DNA from: an uncultured virus (IMG/VR IMGVR_UViG_3300029258_004661)
Taxonomy: Duplodnaviria > Heunggongvirae > Uroviricota > Caudoviricetes
Virus record (IMG/VR): IMGVR_UViG_3300029258_004661
Coordinates: 1 to 64,000 of that record
Length of the DNA: 64,000 bases
Direction: 5' to 3' (one strand)
The notes under the pieces are model-generated. The model was not told where the DNA came from. It made no database searches and was given only the letters and a program-made list of their open reading frames with translations. How positions within the stretch are numbered: the stretch's first letter is position 1; the number at the start of each line of letters is the position of its first letter. Of the stretch, positions 59,149 to 64,000 are shown piece by piece. The position numbers and the translations under genes are program-made.

Positions 59149-59973
59149 TTATTTCTTGATGCAGAAATTTTCGGTGTAGAAAGCCTGAAGTTTTTCCCAC
59201 GCGGTTGAATAACCATATTTCCCACCATGGGTTATGCGTTCACAGGCAATACCCATGTTTGACATTTCCTTCGCTGAGCTTCCGAATTCACCCGAACGTG
59301 CGGTGAATATCACGCGTGATGTAGGTTTCGTTTGGCCGCGCTCAAAAATGCGAATTGAAGCTTCCTTGCCCGCTTTTAGGTTCTTCGCGGTGAGAATGAA
59401 GCGGGCATTATTCAGCCGTGGCCGCAAAAATTCAACCGCACCGAACGCGCTTGACACAATTGGTATGTTGTTAACGTCAACTTCTTTTGTGCCGCGCTCA
59501 ACCTCAATGAGTGAATTGTTGAGTGTTAAAACCGGTTGGGTTGCTTCACCCATTCGCGCGGCCGCGGCCACAAGCTTCATATATTCCGCGTGTACTTCAG
59601 GCGCGCTTTCGGCCAGCTTTTCTTGAACCTTCTTTTTGACCGCGGGCGTAGCGTCAACTGCCGCGTCAATGATTGCCTGAGCCTTGACGGCCGCGGGCGC
59701 GGGCGCGTCACTCAATTTTTTAGCCGCGGTGTTTGCTTCACTTTCAGCCGCGGTGTTTTCAGGCGCAGGCAACACGCCCGCGGCGCGTGCCGCATCAACC
59801 GCGGCCGCATGGTTCTTTTCGGCAACCTTAAGCGCCTTGCGCGCGGCAACCTTGCTTTTTCCTTTTGCCACCTTAAGCGCGGCCGCGGCATCAAAAAGCA
59901 CCTTTTCGGTTTTTTCAATGTTCAAAATCAATTCTTCTTTTCTTGCCTTTGCCGTTTTGATTTTTTCTTGCAT
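59149..59973 (-). CDS. Ala/Lys-rich 274-aa protein of unknown function
   Basis: GAAAGGA SD before ATG 59973; own terminator. Confidence 0.75.
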   Translation of the reverse strand: MQEKIKTAKARKEELILNIEKTEKVLFDAAAALKVAKGKSKVAARKALKVAEKNHAAAVDAARAAGVLPAPENTAAESEANTAAKKLSDAPAPAAVKAQAIIDAAVDATPAVKKKVQEKLAESAPEVHAEYMKLVAAAARMGEATQPVLTLNNSLIEVERGTKEVDVNNIPIVSSAFGAVEFLRPRLNNARFILTAKNLKAGKEASIRIFERGQTKPTSRVIFTARSGEFGSSAKEMSNMGIACERITHGGKYGYSTAWEKLQAFYTENFCIKK

Positions 59974-60364
59974 GGTGTTTCCTTTCTGCCCGCGGCGCGG
60001 GCTAGTTGAGGTTGCCATTATTGACAACCTGTAAAACTTATGTGCGCGGTAAATACTGCAACTCATATGCCAATACATGAAAAAATAAGCTTTTTTCGTC
60101 ATTTTTCTTTTCGGGCTAATTTTTTAGGCAATTGCCTAACTTATTGAATTTAAAGGCAAACGGTTGTTTTATACGGCCGTTCAGGGTGTATTTTCTACCC
60201 CCCCCTCAGCCAAGACATCCTTAGTTGGCATTACATATGTCCGATCTTGAAGTCCTTCCCCGACTCGTATATCACGAGCTCCTGAAAGAGTAATCTGGTC
60301 GAAAAGTGACAAGGAGCGGCACTCGTATGACTCTTTACGGCACCTCGGGTCCAGGGCTCGGTCC

Positions 60365-60640
60365 TCCGATTTCGACCTCGGATTCGACATCTTTATCTTC
60401 CGTCCGGGTTACGAGGCAGAAGGTCGGATTCGACATCTTTATCTTCCGTCCGGGTTACGAGGCAGAAGGTCGGATTCGACATCTTTATCTTCCGTCCGGG
60501 TTACGAGGCAGGAGGTCGGATTCGACATCTTTTAAAGAGGTCTGGGTTACGAGGCCCGACCTCCGATTTCGACATCTTTATTTCGACATCGGGTTACGAG
60601 GTAGGATTACGACCTCTTAGAGCGAACCCTGCGTTACGAG
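60365..60640. repeat. 46-bp tandem repeat (3 near-exact plus 2 degenerate copies)
   Basis: TCGGATTCGACATCTTTATCTTCCGTCCGGGTTACGAGGCAG(A/G)AGG at 60378, 60424 and 60470; degenerate copies at 60516 and 60562. Confidence 0.95.
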
Positions 60641-60729
60641 CCTAGATATCCAAACCCGGTACGGAAGGATAGCCACCAGTTTCCTCCTTCCTCTGGCGGC
60701 CTCTTGATCGGGCGGGCGTTAAGGCAGGT

Positions 60730-60936
60730 CTAATCTATATAGTAGCAGGGTCCGCAGTATTCTTCTCCCAGCTCGTTGGTATAGCAATCGCAATACTCGC
60801 CGTCTGCCGGGAAATATCTCACTCGGTAGCTTCCGAGCTGTACGTTAGCCTTACAAACGATAGCCGCTCCTATAATAACGGTAAAGAGCAAGACCGTGCC
60901 TAAGATCCTCATGAAAATATCGTTGTCTGTAAGCAT
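60730..60936 (-). CDS. Small membrane protein with Cys motif
   Basis: AGGAG SD; TM helix; CDC...CGPC. Confidence 0.55.
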   Translation of the reverse strand: MLTDNDIFMRILGTVLLFTVIIGAAIVCKANVQLGSYRVRYFPADGEYCDCYTNELGEEYCGPCYYID

Positions 60937-60948
60937 TAATCTTCTCCT

Positions 60949-61354
60949 CTAGGTCCGGAAAGAAATATCGCCGGGCATAATAACATGGGTGAGAATCTTC
61001 TCTTCCATATTAACAGTCGCTCGCCACTCTACAATAGCGATAGGCATTACTGCCCGGCAGGGGTCGAACTGCGGGAATCGAATCTCCTTCGGGGTAGGGG
61101 CGAGAACAACGCCCCTCCGATTAAGAGCAGTATACGCAGCCCTCTTGATCTTTTCTATCATTATCTTAATCCTTTCGTTTAACTGCGGGCAGACAGCACC
61201 CGCAGTCGACCAGCGTAGCCAGTCGCTCAGTCAGCTGCTCGGCCATCTCCTTGGCCCTATCGGGGTCGAACGACCCCGATACCACCTCGTATTCAGGACC
61301 GCAGTGCTCGGTCCTGAAGTAGACTACGTACTCTGTTAACCCTCTCCATACCAT
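60949..61354 (-). CDS. Two small hypothetical proteins (61166-61354, 60949-61161)
   Basis: AAGGAG and AAGGA SDs; tightly packed. Confidence 0.5.
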
Positions 61355-61731
61355 TATCTTCTCCTTTCTGTTTCTATTTAAACGATAAACGCACCTGCCT
61401 GCACCCTATACAGTATGCAGCTCCCATGCCAACTGTAAAAGAGTAATCTATTCAAGGGGCAGTTCCCAGGCTGTGCTTATCGTACATGGGTCTGTGACTC
61501 TATTTGTTAATCTAGTGGCTCTTTTTGTAATCTTTTTATGATCTTCTTATCTACTCTAAATATATAATCTGACGTCTTTGACGTCTTTTTGTACTTTTAT
61601 AATCTTTTTTATACGATATCTTAGAGTTTTTATAACTTCCGATGGATTTTTGGTACGATATCTGCATAAGTGGAGCTCTTTAGCCAGATTTGAGATGGGG
61701 ATGAAAGAGGAAAAGAGCAGGTTATTCCTAA

Positions 61732-61811
61732 AATAACGATACAAATAACGATACAGATAACGATACAGATATAGATGGTATATGCTAAGATAACGATACA
61801 GATATAGATGG
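61732..61811. repeat. 12-bp repeat (A/G)ATAACGATACA x4 with GATATAGATGG
   Basis: Read directly. Confidence 0.85.
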
Positions 61812-62586
61812 GGACAAAAGAGAAAAGGGGCAGGATATTGGTGATTATTTATATAAATCAGATACTACCAACTATTAGAGGACGTCGTTCTCCTGATTTT
61901 CGGGGTGGTAATAGACTAGATTTCTGGACAGAGTGATATATATATATATATTGTTTCCCGACTAGAGTAATGGAGGCAGAGGCATTAGAGCACAGATACC
62001 AGGAGTCTGGAGGGGTAGATATAGATGTCTGCAATAGATGAATAGATATAGAGGTCTTTGATAGAGCTCTGCGTTACGAGGTCTACCCGCTCTTAACCAG
62101 ACGTCTCAGTTGTGTAGTATATTACGAGGTAGTATTTGTTACGAGGGGTTTGGTTAGGGGTAGGTAAATCAATCGTAAGGCGTTCGATTGTATTAGGGTA
62201 GGCTCAGGTATTAGTTTAGGGCTAGAGTAACGGCTACGGGCATCGTAGAAAGTTCTAGATATATAGAGGGGCTAGGGGTTGGGGGGGGTATTTTATATGA
62301 TAGCAGGGGTAGAGGTCTATAGTATTATGTGTTGTATAGTACGTCTATTGCATCTATTCAAAGAAAAGCCTATGGTCTTAAATACAGGCTGAGAGTCTTT
62401 TCAGGATGAGCGGATTTTTAGTAGTCGCCTTCGAGGTTTATAAAGTAGCGGTAGAGATATTTACGGCCTTGTGGGTAAATATCTATAGAGGCGACGAATA
62501 GTTTATAGGTATGCTCGTTGATATTGTAGCCGCTGTTGTTGTTGTTTATCTGATCTAAAAACACATTTGAAACATAGCTCTTCTCC

Positions 62587-62799
62587 TTACAGGTGTTTTC
62601 TGATAAGTTGATCTATATCTACTTCGTTACCGTTTTTATCGTATATAGGCCCGTAGGCTCTTACGGCAGTCGGAAGGGAGGCTAGGGTACAGAAGAACCG
62701 AGCCGCGGTGGGTTCGTTACCAGCAGACATATACACATCTGTTTTGTGTAAGTAGTAGGTCTGCTCGTACTTATAGCCTATAATCAGAGGTTTAAACAT
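62587..62799 (-). CDS. Hypothetical protein
   Basis: AAGGAG SD. Confidence 0.55.
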   Translation of the reverse strand: MFKPLIIGYKYEQTYYLHKTDVYMSAGNEPTAARFFCTLASLPTAVRAYGPIYDKNGNEVDIDQLIRKHL

Positions 62800-63229
62800 C
62801 TTCGCTCCTTTCTTCCAGTAGTCGTTTAAGGTAGCAGTATTCGTTAAAGGCGAGGTAGAGGGAACGCAGGTCAGAAACCTTCCAGCCCTCCCAGCGTTTT
62901 TCTCTGCCTATACGAGCACAGGTAGTCCGAGCCTTAACGTATCTGTTCCACTGATCGTACGGAGTATTCTGGCAATCACTCAGCTCTGACTCTTCGAAGA
63001 CGGGGCATCGGTGGATATTCTCGTTATTGTCAATAAGGTCGTTAAAGTTGACGGGCTCTCCGTCGGTAGTCGTACAGCAGTACTCGTTGTAGTGTTGACA
63101 CAGAGGGCAGTTCTGCCCGCCGCGGTCGACGCCGTTAGCAAAGCATATCTGATACCACTTATCTACCGCACCTTCCAGTAGCCATCGGTCAAGATTAACC
63201 TTGGTAACTGACATATCTTCTCCTTCCAC
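62792..63229 (-). CDS. Hypothetical Cys-rich protein
   Basis: CPLCQHY...C...CPV...C motif; true start probably MSVTK. Confidence 0.6.
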   Translation of the reverse strand: MEGEDMSVTKVNLDRWLLEGAVDKWYQICFANGVDRGGQNCPLCQHYNEYCCTTTDGEPVNFNDLIDNNENIHRCPVFEESELSDCQNTPYDQWNRYVKARTTCARIGREKRWEGWKVSDLRSLYLAFNEYCYLKRLLEERSEDV

Positions 63230-63482
63230 TAGGACGGGGACGCTTTTGGCCCCCGCCCGGACCGGTTTTACTTCTTCGAAGCGATAATATCAGCCTTCGG
63301 CAGCGGCTGGGGCAGGTCGTCAAACCACCCCCAATTCATCATCGGGTCGTCACCGCTTCCGCCCATGTCCTGCCAGAGGCACAGAGTTCATAATCATCGG
63401 CTTGGGCTTTAATCTCATTACCGACGGTTCCCATGTGCCGCACCTTGAGGATTCTTATTTCTTTCGCCATCGTTATATCTCC

Positions 63483-63797
63483 CTACTTATAGGTTATGCG
63501 GAACCTAACTCCTGCTCCGCCCAATACGGCCAGTATCAGGTCTTCGTAGGCGCGGCTGGCAAAGGTCTGACAGGACCAGTGCCCGGCCCCGTCCCTGAGG
63601 TACTGGAATCCCCGCCTTTCCTTCCAATTAATAGTGATTCTGTCTTCCGGGTCAAGCTGGTTGGGCTCGTTGATCTTGAAGGTGATGTGTGTCTGGTCAA
63701 CGTGCTCCAGGGCCGACTGGAATTCCGTAATAATGTCAACCCATTCACTCTTGGTGTGTGCCCTCGCCGTCCACTCAATAATTCTGATTCCCGGCAT
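63483..63797 (-). CDS. Hypothetical protein
   Basis: AAGGAG SD and ATG. Confidence 0.6.
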   Translation of the reverse strand: MPGIRIIEWTARAHTKSEWVDIITEFQSALEHVDQTHITFKINEPNQLDPEDRITINWKERRGFQYLRDGAGHWSCQTFASRAYEDLILAVLGGAGVRFRITYK

Positions 63798-64000
63798 TGT
63801 CTTCTCCTTTTTGGTTGGGGTTAGGGCGGGACAAGCCCGCCCTGTTCCCGATTACTCACCGTAATACTGCCGACAGCCCGCCATATGGTCATTGTGAATA
63901 CTCAAGTCGGCATCAGTTGGCCGAACACCAGTTATCCAGTAAATCAGCATATCATGAATAGGCCCGAAGACAGCCACATCACAGGCAAGTTCGTCGCCCC

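Noticed and set aside
58600..59179. Six-frame ORFs over the GC-rich array (PPARHQH / WWRAGG repeats)
   Set aside because: Open on both strands only because the repeat units lack stop codons; unit lengths of 11-12 bp do not keep frame; no SD.
60124..60139. Protelomerase target site
   Set aside because: The palindrome is only 16 bp and no protelomerase gene is visible in the window.
60365..60640. CRISPR or mini-CRISPR array
   Set aside because: The units are tandem copies without unique spacers; no cas gene or leader recognised.
60181..62580. tRNA genes in the non-coding right-hand region
   Set aside because: No cloverleaf with T-loop and acceptor stem recognised by eye; a tRNAscan run would be needed to exclude them.
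1..64000. Stop-codon reassignment
   Set aside because: Standard code gives full-length, tightly packed genes, and TAG, TGA and TAA all end credible genes.

Overview
About 64 kb of a tailed dsDNA phage genome (siphovirus-like, no sheath gene seen). Essentially every credible gene is on the minus strand. In transcription order (right to left): small hypothetical genes (60.7-63.8 kb) interspersed with non-coding repeat blocks; a stand-alone Ala/Lys-rich gene; a ~420-bp array of co-oriented GCTGGTGG (E. coli Chi) and GGCAGGGG (Rag/KOPS-like) units next to a likely iteron-type replication origin (58.0-58.65 kb); a PAPS-reductase-family gene; small genes, a 5'-3' exonuclease and an AdoMetDC/SpeD; terminase and Mu-type portal; a ~10-kb block of paralogous fibre-like genes plus a probable lysis cassette inside the head module; Mu-type protease/scaffold, capsid, neck, tail tube, tail chaperones with a -1 frameshift site, a 2382-aa tape measure and a Cys-rich tail tip; and finally a glycosyltransferase / degenerate radical-SAM / second SpeD cluster and an HNH-AP2 endonuclease. 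No integrase, polymerase, reverse transcriptase, tRNA or CRISPR array was recognised, and the host is unknown. The most unusual part is the 58-62.5 kb control region. All calls come from reading motifs by eye; no database searches were run and counts are manual.
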